The notes under the pieces are model-generated. The model ran no database searches. It was not told the DNA's origin and was given only the letters and a program-made list of their open reading frames with translations. From Mobula hypostoma (lineage: Eukaryota): DNA of 64,000 nucleotides. Positions 50,237-63,010 of the stretch are shown piece by piece (position 1 is the first letter of the stretch; each line of letters begins with the position of its first letter). The translations under genes and the position numbers were made by a program. The stretch covers positions 15,130,001-15,194,000 of the forward strand of contig NC_086118.1 in NCBI RefSeq assembly GCF_963921235.1, given 5' to 3'.

Positions 50237-51563
50237 GGCAACACTCACAACACGCTGGAGGAACTCAGCAGGTCGGGCAGCATCCATGGAAACGATCAGT
50301 CAACGTTTCAGGTCGGAACTCTTTGTCAGGACTAAGGAGGGAAGGGGCAGAGGTCCTATAAAGAAGGTGGAGGGAGGGCGGGAAGGAGAAGGCTGGTAGG
50401 TTCCAGGTGAAAAACCAGTAAGGAGAAAGGTAAAGGGGTGGGGGAGGTGATAGGCAGGAAGGGTGAAGAAGGAATAGGGGAAAACACAATGGGTAGTAGA
50501 AGGAGGCAGAACCATGAGGGAGGTGATAGGCAGCTGGGGGAGGGGGCAGAGTGAAATAGGGATAGGGGAAGGGAGGGGGAGGGAATTACCAGAAGTTGGG
50601 GAATTCAATGTTCATACCAAGGGGCTGGAGACTACCTAGACAGTATATGAGGTGTTGCTCCTCCAACCTGAGTTTAGCCTCATCATGGCAGTAGAGGAGG
50701 CCACGTATGGACATATCCAAATGCGAATGTGAAGCAGAGTTGAAGTGGGTGGCAACTGGGAGATCCTATCTGTTGTGGCGGACGGAGCGGAAGTGTTCAA
50801 CGAAGCGGTCCAATCTGCGTCGGGTTTCAGCGATGTAGAGGAGGCCGCACTGGGAGCACCGGATGACCCCAACAGACTCACAAATGAAGTGTTGCCTCAC
50901 CTGGAAGGATTGTTTGGGGCCCTGAATGGTGGCAAGAGAGGAGGTGTAGGGACAGGTGTAGCACTTATGCTTACAGGGATAAGTGCCGGGTGGGAGATCC
51001 GTAGGGAGGGACATGTGGATCAGGGAATCACGGAGGGAACGATCCCTGCGGAAAGCAGAGAGGGGTGGAGAGGGAAAGATCTGCTTAGTGGTGGGGTCCT
51101 GTTGAAGGTGGCGGAAGTTGCAGAGGATAATGTGCTGGATCCGGAGGCTGGTGGGGTGGTAGGTGAGGACAAGGGGAACTCTGTCCCTGTTGTGGTGGTG
51201 GGAGGATGGGATGAGGGCCGAAGTGCGGGAAATGGAGGAGATGCGGGTGAGGGCATCATTGATGATGGCAGAAGGGAAACCATGATCCTTAAAGAAAGAG
51301 GACATTTGAGATGTCCTGGAATGGAAAGCCTCATCCTGGGAGCAGATGCGGCGGAGACGAAGAACTGGGAATAGGAAATGGCATTTTTGCATGTGGCAGG
51401 GCGGGAAGAGGTATAGTCGAGGTAGTAATGAGAGTCAGTCGGCAAACGAAGTCCTGACTTCAGTCCTGACGAAGGGTTCCGAAACGTTGACTGATTGTTT
51501 CCACGGATGCTGCCCGACCTGCTGAGTTCCTCCAGCTTGTATTGCTTTGACCCCAGCATCTGC
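50237..51563 (-). mobile_element. PLE (Neptune-like) 3' half with an inverted 5' terminal arm, nested in CR1
   Basis: ORF 50766-51392 with RT thumb, YPCKHKCYTCPY and GVIRCSQCGLLYIAET; TSD AAAGCTAACTAATA (50223-50236) / AAAGCTGAGTAATA (51564-51577). Confidence 0.9.
51461..51493 (+). ncRNA. Minimal hammerhead motif with a shortened stem II
   Basis: CAGUC-CUGACGA-A-GGGUUCC-GAAA-CGUU^GACUG. Confidence 0.65.
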
Positions 51564-52033
51564 AAAGCTGAGTAATAATATACCAAAGGTTTCGACAGAG
51601 ATACTAAGAAAAAGGAACATAAGAGTAGACATTGAACTGCTGGAAAATAATGCTGGAGAGGTAATAATATGGAACAAAGAAATGGTAGGTGAACTGAATA
51701 AATATTTTGCATCATCCGCAACGGCGGAAGACTCAAGCAACGTGCCAGAAATTCGAGTGTGTCATGGGCAGAAGTGAATATAGTTGCTATTACCAAGGAG
51801 AAGGTGCTTGAGAAGCTGAAGAGTCTGAAGGTAGAAAAGTCACCTGAACCATATGAACTACATCCTAGGGTTCAGAAAGAGGTATCTTTAGTAATTGTGA
51901 TTAACAGATTGTGGAGGCATTAGCTGCAATCTTTCAAGAATCATTAGATTCTGGAATGGATCCAGAAGTCTGGAAAAATGCAAATGTCACTCCACTCTTT
52001 AAGAAGGGAGTGAGACAAAGACAGGGCATTATA

Positions 52034-52230
52034 GCACACAATGGAGGAACTCAGCATATCATGCAGCATTTATGAAGGCGAATAAGCAGTCAGTATTTTG
52101 GGCCAAGACCATTCATCAGAAATATCAACTAACTATTCCCATCCATAGATGCTACTTGATCTGCTGAGTTCCTCCCATATTTTGTGTCTATTGTTCAATA
52201 TTTCAAGCAGCTGCACAACCTCTTATGCTC
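52034..52230. mobile_element. Degenerate PLE foldback element in CR1
   Basis: TGGAGGAACTCAGCA ... CTGCTGAGTTCCTCC inverted arms. Confidence 0.75.
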
Positions 52231-52688
52231 ATATCAGCAAACTAGACCAGTTAGCCCGACTTCAGTGGCTGTCCAGACGTTAGAGAATATTATAAAGGAT
52301 GGGTTTTCAGGGTACTTGAAGGCACACAATAAAATAGGCCAAAGTTAGCATGATTTCCTTAAGGGGAAATATTGTCTGACAATTCTGTTGGAATTATTTG
52401 AAGAAATAATATGCAGAATAGACAAAGATGAGTCAGTGGATTTGTTTACTTGGATTTTCAAAAGACTTTCAACAGGATGCCACACATGAGGCTGCTGAGT
52501 AAGATAAGAACCCAAGGTATTACAGGAAGGATACTAGCATGGACAGATGATTGGCTGACTGGCAGAAGACAGAGTGGGAATAACGGGGGCTTTTTATGTG
52601 GATGGCTGGTTACTAGTTCTGTTCCTCAGCGATCAGTGTGAGGCCAGTACATTTCATGTTATATGTCAATGATCTGGATAACAGAATT

Positions 52689-52909
52689 TAAAAACGCAAA
52701 CATGAGGAAATCTGCAGATGCTGGAACTTCAAGCAACACACATAAAAGTTGCTGGTGAATGCAGCAGGCCAGGCAGCATCTCTAGGAAGAGGTACAGTCG
52801 ACGTTTCGGGCCGAGACCCTTCGTCAGGACGTGACGAAGGGTCTCAGCCCGAAACGTCGACTGTACCTCTTCCTAGAGATGCAGCCTGCAACTTTTATGT
52901 GTGTTGCTC
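52689..52909. mobile_element. Young PLE foldback element carrying back-to-back hammerheads
   Basis: Arms nearly identical to 10244-10341; TSD GGATAACAGAATT (52676-52688) / GGATGACAGATTT (52910-52922). Confidence 0.92.
52797..52830 (-). ncRNA. Minimal type I hammerhead ribozyme motif (intact core)
   Basis: GUC-CUGACGA-A-GGGU-CUCG-GCCC-GAAA-CGUC^GAC. Confidence 0.85.
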
Positions 52910-53194
52910 GGATGACAGATTTGATGGTTTTGTGGCCAAGTTTGTGGATGATACAAAGATAGGTAGAGGGGCAGGTAGTGTTGAGGAAGCAGAGAGTCTG
53001 GAGATGGTTTTCTATGTTTCTATGAACAGACAGATTTGGAGAATAAGCAATGAAATGGCAGATGGAATGTTGTGTAGGGAAGTGTTTGGTCATGAACTTT
53101 GGCAGAAAGAATAAAGGCATAAGCTGTTTCCTAACCAGGAGCAAATATAGGAATCCAAGTTTTACAAGAATTATCTCAGGAATGAAATGATTAG

Positions 53195-53945
53195 GCTACA
53201 CTCATGTACATTCGATGCCTTCTGCTGCTGTAGCCTATCAATGATGTGTTGTTCATTCAGAGATGCTCTTCTGCACACCACTGTTGTGTGAGTTACTGTT
53301 GCTTTTCATCAACTTGAACCAGCCTGGTCATCTTCCTCTGACTTCTCTCATTAACAAGATATTTTCACCTGCAGAGCCGCCACTCACTGGACTTTTTTTT
53401 GCTTATCGCCTCATTCTCTGTAAACTGCAAAGACTGTTGTGCATGAAAATCCCACCAGGAGATCAGCAGTTTCTCAGCTACCCAAACCAAAGAAAAAGCA
53501 TTTCAGGATGAATATTGTCATTGGGTGTACTTAAGGCAGTGATTGATAGGTATCTGGGTAGCCAGGACATCAAAGGTTATGGTGAGAAGGCAGAGGAGTG
53601 GGACTAAATGAGAGAATGGATCAGCTCATGATAAAATGGCAGAGCAGACTCGATGGGCCGAATGGCTGACTTCTGCTCCTTTGTCTTATGGTCTTATATT
53701 GTATACATTTCTTGGACATTAAAATGGACCTTTGAACCAACCAATGTGGCAACAACAATCATTCCATGATCAAAGTTACTTGGGTCACATTTCTCCCCAT
53801 TTTGATGTTTGGTCTGAACAACAACTGAACCTCTTCATCGCGTCTGCATTCTTTTAGGCATTGAGTTCCTGCCACATGATTGGCTGATTAGATATTAGCA
53901 TTAACAAGAGGGTGTACAGTTGCACCTAAAAAAATGTCCACCAAA
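53195..53945. mobile_element. Tc1-derived element (same family as 45656-46208), nested in CR1 and itself interrupted by a CR1 tail (~53520-53697)
   Basis: Internal similarity GATGCTCTTCTGCACACCACTG.., TTTGGTCTGAACAACAACTGAACC. Confidence 0.75.
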
Positions 53946-55237
53946 TGTATGAGGAGTGTTCGAAGCTCTGAGCCTGTACTCGATGGAATTTAGAACAATG
54001 AGTTTGGATCTCATTGAAATCCTCCGAATATTTAAAGTCTTAGACAAAATGGATGAGGAGAAAATGTTTCTTAAAATGGGAGAGTCTACCACCAGAGGGC
54101 ACAGCCTCAGAATAGAAAGATGTTCCTTTACAAAAGAGATGAGAAGGAATTTCTTTTGCCAGAGGGTGCGGAATATGTGGAATTCATTACCACAAATGGT
54201 TGTGGTGATCAAGTGATGGCATATATTTAGCACTGAGCTTGATAGGTTCATGATTAGTAAGGAGGGATCAAAGGAGAGAAAGCAGGAGAAAGGGGTTGAG
54301 AGGGAAAATAAATCAGCTATGTTTAAATGGTGGAGCAGATTCGATGGACTGAATGGCCTGATTCTTATGTCTTATGGTCTAAGATCCAAGCTATATAATG
54401 AAAGGCGAGTCAAGAAAGGCACTGTGACCACTCAAGCCTCTGCATAGAAAAGGCTGTGAATACAGTTGTTACAATGCTAATCACTGGTGGGCCATTGGAA
54501 GGCCTGGTGCAGTATTGTAGTATTGGCACCAGTCTTGAATTCTACGCACCCAAAGATATTGTTGCATACTGACAGGCCATATTCGAGCACAGACCAGAGA
54601 AACTAGTATTTCTGATCGCAGTATCAGCCTACTTCTACTTTTTAATGTTTGAACAAGGTAAAGTCATGTCCTGTGTGTGTAAACATATAATCCTCTATTC
54701 TCAGTTAAGGGTTCTGTCATAGTTCAGTGTAAAATAGGAAATATCTGGAAAATTGTCTCTGCTTTAGATGGAGGAAACATCACACATAGACAACATGACT
54801 GAAGTTGTATATGCATACAAATAAGAATCTATTCTTAGGATCCAAAGTAGCACACTTTATATAAAAAGCTTGCATTTACATGATATAAATTAAAGTCCAC
54901 AGTCTTCCAATAAAATACATTTTTGCTGCTTTTATCTTATTGCAGCTACTTAAAATGTTCACTGCTGTACCTCAGAATGAGAATTAATGAAAAGTGAAGG
55001 TACAATGCTGTCAGTTTTTCCTTTGATCTTTTCCACCTGACTTGAAGCAAAGTAACTTCAATGTGTTGTAAATATGTCAAAAATGTACATGCACATTCAC
55101 TAAATAAATGAATGAATGAATTTAAAGACGAGAAAGAAATAATCCATAGCTTGAAGCCAGAACAAAACCAGTCTAGACTGAGGTTTAGCGTGAGCAAGAT
55201 TGGAAGAAGAGCTGAAAGCAGCATTTTCCTTCTGTTA

Positions 55238-57012
55238 AAATCAAACTTCAAAGTCAATCTGTTATCAATATATGTCACTATACACAACCCCTAGATTCCT
55301 TTTCTTGCAGGCATACTCAATAAATTCAAAAACCATAATAGAATCAATGAAAGACTGCACCAACAGGGCAGACAACCAGAGTGCTAGAGAGAGCAAACTG
55401 TGCAATACAAGAAGAAAGTAAAAACAAAATAAATAACAATAATAAATAACCAATAAATATCTAGAACACAAGATGAAGAGTCACTGAAAGTGAGTCCATA
55501 GATTGAGCAAACAGTTTAGTGAAGGGACAAGGGTAGTTGAGTGAAGTAATTACCTCTGGTACAGGAGGCTGACTGTTGAGAGGTAATAATTGTTTCTTAA
55601 CCTGGTGGTGCGAGTCCTGAGGCTCCTGTACCTTTTCCCTAAAGGCAGCAGCAAGAAGAGAGGATGACCTGGGTGGAGGGTCCCTGATGATGGATGCTAC
55701 TTTCCTGCGACAATATTTTGTGTCAATGTACTCAATGGTGGGTAGGGCTTTACCCGCGATGGACTGGGCCATATGTACTACTTTTAGTAAGATTTTCTGT
55801 TGAAATGCATTGGTGTTTCCACACCAGGCGGTGATGAAGCTAGTCAATATAGTCCTAGTACACATCAACAGAGGTTTGTCAAAGATGCTATGCTAAATTT
55901 GCAAACTCCTAAGGAAGTAGTAGCAATGCTGTGTTTTCTTTGTAATTACACTTACATGCTGGGCCCAAGACAGGTCCTCTGAAACAATAACACCGAATAA
56001 TTTAAAGTTGCTGACCCACTCCACCTCTGATCCCCTGATGAGGACTGGCTCGTGGACCTGTGGTTTCCTCCTCCTGAAGTCAATAATCAGCTCCTGGGTC
56101 TTGCTGACATTCAGCATAAGGTTGTTGTTGTGGCAACACTCAGCTAGATTTTCAGTCTCCTTCCTATATGCTCATTCATCACACTTTTCAGTCGGCCTAC
56201 AACAGTGGTGTCATCAGCATACTTAAATATGGCATTGGAACTGTGCTTGGCCGCACACTCGTGAGCGTAAAGCAAGTAGAGCAGGGGACAATGCACACAG
56301 CCTTGGGGTGCTCCTCTGTTGATGGAGATCGTGGAGGGGATGTTGTTGCCATTCCGAACTGACTGGGGTCTGCAAGTAAGTAAGTTGGGATCCAACTGCA
56401 TAAGGAGGTATGGAGGCCAAGGCTTGAAGCTTATTGATTAGGTTTGAGGGGAATGATAATATTGAATGCCAAGATGTAGTCAATAAAGAGCATCCTGATG
56501 TTTGCACCTTTGCCATCCAGGTGTTCCAGAAGAGCCAATTAAATGGCATCTGCTGTGGACCAGTTGTGTAGGTTGGCAAATTGGAGCAGATCCAAATCTC
56601 TTCTCAGGCAGGAGTTGATATGTTCCATCATCAACCTCTCAAAATACTTCATAACTGTGTATGTAAGTGCTACTGGACAACTGTCAATGACTCAGGTTAC
56701 CATGTTCTTCTTGGGTACAGTATAACTGAAGCCTGCTTGGAGCAGGTGCATACCTCAGACTACCAACGCAAGAGGATAAATATCTCAGTGAACGCTCCAG
56801 CCAGTTGATCAGCACAGGTCTTTAGAACTCAGCTAGGTACCCCATCTGGACCAGATGCTATCCATGGGTTTACCCTCTTGAAGGATGCCCTCACATCTGC
56901 TTCAGAGACTGAAATCACAGGATCATCAGGGGCTGACTCCTCCACATTTTGACAGTCAAAGCAAGCATACAAGGCATTGAGCTCATCTGGAAGTGAAGCC
57001 CTGTTGTCACTT
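55238..57012 (-). mobile_element. Rex1/Babar LINE (RT and 3' end), decayed
   Basis: ASGPDGV, GAPQGCV..PLLYLLY, FKYADDTTVVG, LNVSKTQELIIDFRR, FKLFGV. Confidence 0.9.
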
Positions 57013-57919
57013 GAACAACAGTAATTAGTGCAGCAATAGAAATTTTCTGGGCACAAGTGTATCTTAGGACTGTTGTACCTAAATTACACAAAATAAATAA
57101 TGAAAGCTGGGATGTGGCAATCTTCTTAATTTCTTTATAAACCTCCCCTTCTTCACAGTTGGTCACCCACTACTAAAATCTACAGGCCTAGTTTTAAATG
57201 CAAGTAAAACATAGCAAGAAGTGTAATTTATTCACATTCATTAATGGAGCATGACAGATTGTCTTTATGCCTGAGCAGTCATAACTGCAACAAGAACTCA
57301 CTGTAAAATTTCCTGGTCTCAATGTACATCAGTGAACAACAGAATTATCAAGAAAAAAATGAACAGAATCATCTGAAGGCAATTCATAGCCACAAGCAAC
57401 TCCACAGCACTCTTATAACTGAATGCATTTTCTTGCTTTATCTTGAATTCGGTTCTTGCAATAACATACAGCAGATCTCTGAATGTTCTTGGAAGCCATA
57501 AGTAGCTGATGTTTAACGCGTCAATTTTCATACACGTTATAAAAATAATATGAATCAATTTTCAACATTATTACATATGTTTCCCAACACAAATAATGCA
57601 ATATTTCAAAGTAAAATACATTCAAAAATAATTTCAAATGTCTTGTATTTGATATTTCCAATCTGCCTCACATGCATCTCAGCCTCAAAAGCATCATAAA
57701 TAATAATGCTTCTGTCTTACACAAGAGTAATGTACAAGTGACACTCTATTTATGATAGTTTTAAATAGCGCTCAAATCATGCTGATTTACATTGAAGTCT
57801 CAATGGGGCAGCTAAGAACTGAAACAAAATTCAAAAAGAAAATCTCTGACTTGCTGATGCACATGGTGAACATGCACTACCTTCCAAAAAGATTTATTTT
57901 ATTGCTGCACATGTATAAA

Positions 57920-58770
57920 ATAGATGCATTTATTTAATGGGCCTTTTCATATAATCTTTAGACATCCCAAAGCACTTTATAACCTATCAAGAATTGTTTA
58001 TTGTTGTAATTTATAAAATACAGTAGGCAATTTGTACATAGCAAACTCATTTAAACAGCAAATGAACTAATTATCTCTTTTCATTGCTGTTTGCAGGATA
58101 AATAAATGTAGGTCAGGATGCTGGGAGATTTCTTCCACCACGTTGTTGCTTTATCTTCAAATAAGTATTTTCATTGGCTGATGCAAATTATATACTCAGT
58201 GGCCACTTCATCAGGTACACATGTACCTAATGCAAATATCAAATCATCCAATCATTTGACAGCAACTCAAAGTATAAAAGCATGCAGACATGGTCAAGAG
58301 GTTCAGTTATTGTTCAGACCAAACATCAGAATGGGGAAATAACTTGATCCAAGTGACTTTGAACGTGGAGTGATCGTTGGTGCTAGTCTCTAAAATTAAT
58401 GGAGAATGGTGTGAAAAACAAAAACAACCAGTTTGCGAAAATGCCTTGTTAATAAAAGAGGTCAGAGGAGAGTGACTAGACTGGTTCAAGTTGACAGGAA
58501 GGCAACAGTAACTCAGATAACCACTGCATTACAACAGTGGTGTGCAGAAGAGCATCTCTAAATCCACAACATATTGAACCTTGAAATGGACGGGCTACAG
58601 CAGCAGAAGACCATAAACATGCACTCAGTGGCCACTTTATTAGGTACAGGAAGTACCTGATAAAATGGCAACTAAGTGTACATCACAGCAGCATTCTCTC
58701 AGTTCTGCCCAGAGTACCAGCCTAGGTGATGGTTTTGATGGGCCAGAACATGGGTTGAGCCTATCAGCTT
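57920..58770 (-). mobile_element. DeuSINE-like relic split by a Tc1 element
   Basis: GACATCCCAAAGCACTTT..CAATTTGTACATAGCAAACTC..AAACAGCAA; resumes CAGCATTCTCTCAGTTCTGCCCAGAGTACCAGCCTAG after 58680. Confidence 0.5.
58193..58678. mobile_element. Tc1-derived non-autonomous element
   Basis: TA-flanked TIRs TACTCAGTGGCCACTT.. / ..AAAATGGCAACTAAGTG; extra internal TIR at 58622-58647. Confidence 0.85.
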
Positions 58771-59404
58771 GCTGTGCACTGGGACTCTGGGCCATCAGCT
58801 GTGCCTAGCCATTCATGTCGAGTTTATTCTCATGTGCACAAATATGCTGGGATACAAGTACCATGAAGGACTTGCTTGCAGCAGTGCCACAGGCACCTAG
58901 GTTCAGACAACGCCGACAAAAATTATGCCAGGCAGTGAAGAAAGAAAGACTCTGCAAAATAAGACATTAGTCCTAGCTCAGGGTCAAAAGGCATCATAAA
59001 TATCAAAAGAGCAAAGAATTAAGTGAAGGGAAACTTGTATTTTAATTTTGATTTACTATTTTATAAATTATGTTTATCTGTTTTTATGAAGATTGTGAAT
59101 CCTTACATCAGTGACGGATTTCACAACCCTTAAAGCTCCACCCAGAGATGCCAGCAGCCTGAGGCTCTCACTGCATTTAGGATTGGGGACTTTCAATTAT
59201 GTCACCATTTCCTAAAGATCCAGCACCTGAGGCCCTATCGTCATCTAAGCTCCAATGATCTTCTCTAGAGCAGAAGAAAAAAAAATTCTTCACATCTTCC
59301 TCAGTTAATTCTGAACATGGTGGGACTATGGTCATTGGCTTAATAGACCTGGACAATCTGGTCAGTTATATATATGCTGTATTCTGTAACATAGCCAGTG
59401 GATA

Positions 59405-59620
59405 GTGAATCGCTGGAATTCATTGCCACAGATGGCTGTGGAAGCAAGTCATTTGATATACTTAAAGCAGAGGTCAACAGGTTCTTGATTAGTCAAAACA
59501 TCAAAGTTACGGGGAGAAGGCAGGAGAAAAGGGCTTGAGAGAGATAATATTTCAGTCATTATAGAATGGCAGAGCAGAGTCAATGGGCCAAATGGCCTAC
59601 TTCTACCTCTGTCTTATGGT
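59405..59620 (+). mobile_element. CR1/HER1 3' end
   Basis: TGGAATTCATTGCCACAGATGGCTGTGGA ... ATGGGCCAAATGGCCTACTTCT..TCTTATGGT. Confidence 0.85.
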
Positions 59621-61209
59621 TTTCTGTTCTGTATCATTCATATCTATATAGTCAAATCTCTAAAAGATCACATATTAGCCAATGAAAACAATTTTCCTAC
59701 TTCATTAATGTGCTGATTACAAGTAGTAATATTATGTTAACATTGAGAACAGATTAACTGAAGAGTCAGACGATCATCTTAGAATTTAGCAAAGCGAAAT
59801 TGTGTATCAACGGCATCAGCTGCTTATATTATTTGTTTCTTTTCTCATAAATAACTAGAGCAAAGGTAAAGTTAAAAAGATCCATTAGTCATTGTCAAAA
59901 TATTCATGCTGGAAGAAACAAAAAATGTCCATTTTTAATCTTAAATTTGCTTTTAAATTTTTGGCCAAAATGTTGCACAGCATTAGTAAAACTAACCACA
60001 GAACATGCAAAATGTCTTGGTTTATAGTATACTTTGTTTTCTCTGAAAGGATTTAGAAACCATCTCCATATGTTACTCTTTTGCTACAATGACAACCTCC
60101 TTATAACCAAAGCCATGTGTGTTAACTTGTCTATTTCTTCTGTGCTATCCTCAATTCATTTCCTTTCTCTATTCATGAAAAGGGAAACAATACATTTCCT
60201 TTCTTTTGGAATTCCAACTTTCCAATGGTTCTAATTTTGCCCAAAATGAATACTTGCTATTAAAAGCAATGGGCCAACATGACTGTTCAAATTCCTGACT
60301 TCAAACGCAATTCCCAATTTGAATTTATCACCCAAACTGAATTTTAAAGTTACCATTGTTTTGACTCTTGACCTATTTATTTTGTTTCGGGAGTTGACAG
60401 ATTAGTGACGTTGTCTGCAACAAGTAATCTAATCTATGCGCTCAAATGACACATACCAGAGTCATTCTAGTCTTAAAAGCGAACAGAAAATTGCACATTG
60501 AAATATTATTCGAATCAGTAATAAGCATCGAATGGAATGAGTATAGTGTCTTTTTCTTTCTGATAGCAAACATTATAATAAAAACATGGTTCATTATTTG
60601 AACCAGTTGGTGATTTGGTAGTTTTACCATTGCGCAGTCAGAGCAAAGGACTGAAAATGATGGTTTATTCATTGCAAATCTAACATAGAAAAATAATTAA
60701 CAGCTGATAACCAGCAACTTGGGTAAACCTTTATTTTTTTATCAATATAAGGTATCAGTAATGCTTGTTCTTTGTTGGCCTTTGAAGGCGGTAATGAGCA
60801 TCCTTGCGTTGACAATCCTTCACCACTATTCACCAGGGGTTATCAGGAATTCAATTCAGTAACAGGGAATGAATGAAGGCATGTTCAATTCAGTCCGTTT
60901 TAATTTAGAGAGACACTTGCATCTGATCACATTCCATTGCATCTGCTCATCCTACCTGGTGGTAGTGTTGTTGAAGGAGCCAAGTGGAGTTTATACATTG
61001 GTGTGCATAGTGCACCATTCCAGGAGGGAGTGAAGATTTATGTGTGGGCCTTGTGGCCTATGGAATGAGCTGCTAGTTCCCAATAGTATTAGGCCTTTTG
61101 ATTTTTGTTGGAACTACCATCTACAAGTTGCGGGCATTCCTTACACTCTAGATTCATCCATTGCAGATGGCGGGAAGAGTTTAGTGAGTGAAAAGAAATG
61201 AGGAGAGTC

Positions 61210-61480
61210 ACAGATGGCTCGGAGGCACAGCTGGTAGAGTTGCTGTTTCACCATGCCAGCAACAAAGGTTCAATCCTGACCTCCCCTCTGGTTTGCATGG
61301 AGTTTGTACATTTTCCCAATGAAGGCATGAGTTTCCTCAGATGTGGTCCATTAACCCTTTGTAGAATTGTTAGTGCACTTAGGTGGTAGAATTAGTTACT
61401 TATGTAGAGACAATAGGTTACAGAGAAAGTGGAGTTTAGTCAGAAGTTGACCTGACCAAAGGGTTGAATGTTCTCCCATA
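61210..61480 (+). mobile_element. Degenerate V-SINE
   Basis: GCACAGCTGGTAGAG A-box, GGTTCAATCCTGACC B-box, TGGAGTTTGTACATTTTCCC. Confidence 0.6.
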
Positions 61481-63010
61481 TCACACGGAATATGGAATTT
61501 ACTACAGAATACCTAGCCCCTGACTTAGTCTTAGAAGCAGTACTTATTTGGCAGGATTCTGATTAATGGTGGCCCTAAGGCTGTTGATGTGTGGAATTCC
61601 ACAACAGTGAAGCCATCGAATGTCAAGGGCAAGTGGTTTGTCTAGCTTTCGCAAGAGACACTGCCTTGGGCACAAGTGTTATTTTCCAATGTGTGAATAT
61701 TTTGCAGTTTTTTGCTGAAGGCAGACATGGAACGCTTCATTATCTGAAGTTTTGGGAATATCTGAGAGGCTGTGAAAGGAATTCAAAATTGCATAATCTC
61801 CAATGAGCTTCCCCAATTCTGTCATAGATTGATTAATCAGCAGGTGGCTAGGCCTAAAAACTCTCTGGTGATGATCTACCAGATTTGAAATATTCAATCT
61901 CTAACAACCAAAACTATTTTCATTTCTTCTCAGCATGGCACTACTGGGTTTCATTTAGTTTCAATGTTACTACTGTAATAATTCTTGCTGCTACACTCAG
62001 TCTAATACCGTCCTAATGTCACATTGACCTTGCCACTGGTTTTTAGCTCTTCTGTGCATGCATGGACCTAGACTACAGTTAGGACTGGAGCCAAGTATTT
62101 ACCAGTGAGTGAATGTTGCTTCATAACTTCATTGGCACCTTTCATGAGTTGGTTGCTGTTTAGGAACAAACCAATAGACTAAAAATTGGCTAGATAAGGT
62201 TTATTCCAGCAATTTTGGACAGATACATTAATTATTTTTTCAGGTTATAGATATTCTAGGAGAGATATGCTGGAATTATGGTTTGATTTGCTTCAGCACT
62301 ACATTCGATATATGATCTGGGATTCAAGCCTCTTCTATATTCCAGAACAATAAATAAACTTCTGGAAGGACTTGACTGGTCAGGCAGCATCTGTGGAAAG
62401 AAGTGGATTGGTGACTTTTCAGTTTGAAATACTTGTCATATTTAGTGTGTTTAACCATTCTCCGTGAATTAGCTGAAGACTAACATCTGGAATGCTGGGA
62501 ACTGAGGAGAAGGTCATTAATGATCTTACAGTCAGCACTTTGACTGAACTTCATTTAAAATACTTCTGCATTACCATTCACTTGCTGATTTCTACCATCT
62601 CTACTGTGGCATATTTAATTTATTTTTCAATTTAGAATAGCAATGAAAGTGACATACAGTAAATGCTTTTTTCCTCCATAAAATTCAATAGAAGTTCTTC
62701 TTCCTGCAAATTGTGAACAAATTAATGTTTTCGAACAATACATGGTAATAAAAGCAAACTATTCTACTGTATTTCTCTTTTCTACTGTGAATGGCTGCAA
62801 GAAAATGAATCTCATGGTGACCTATACATACTTAGATAATAAATTTACTTTGAACTTTGAATTTCACTATGCAAGCAATCAAAAGCATATGAAGGAAAGA
62901 GTGAAGGAGAGAAGGAATAATCAAAAGATACTCTGCAGTTCTATAGTCATGATCTGTAAGAAAACATCATTCCAAAATATCCTGATAATGGATTTGCTGG
63001 TACAATAATT

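Larger units (their letters stand above)
49260..54380 (+). mobile_element. Long CR1/HER1 LINE, heavily decayed, with nested insertions
   Basis: EN motifs (MGDFN, LGGSDHNMI), WKNANVTPLFKKG, YLDFQKTF, VPQRSV, FVDDTKIG, TRGHSLRI, TCTTATGGTCTAAG tail. Confidence 0.9.

Noticed and set aside
50745..51796. 209-aa plus and 258-aa minus ORFs
   Set aside because: Antisense or alternative frames of PLE and CR1 sequence
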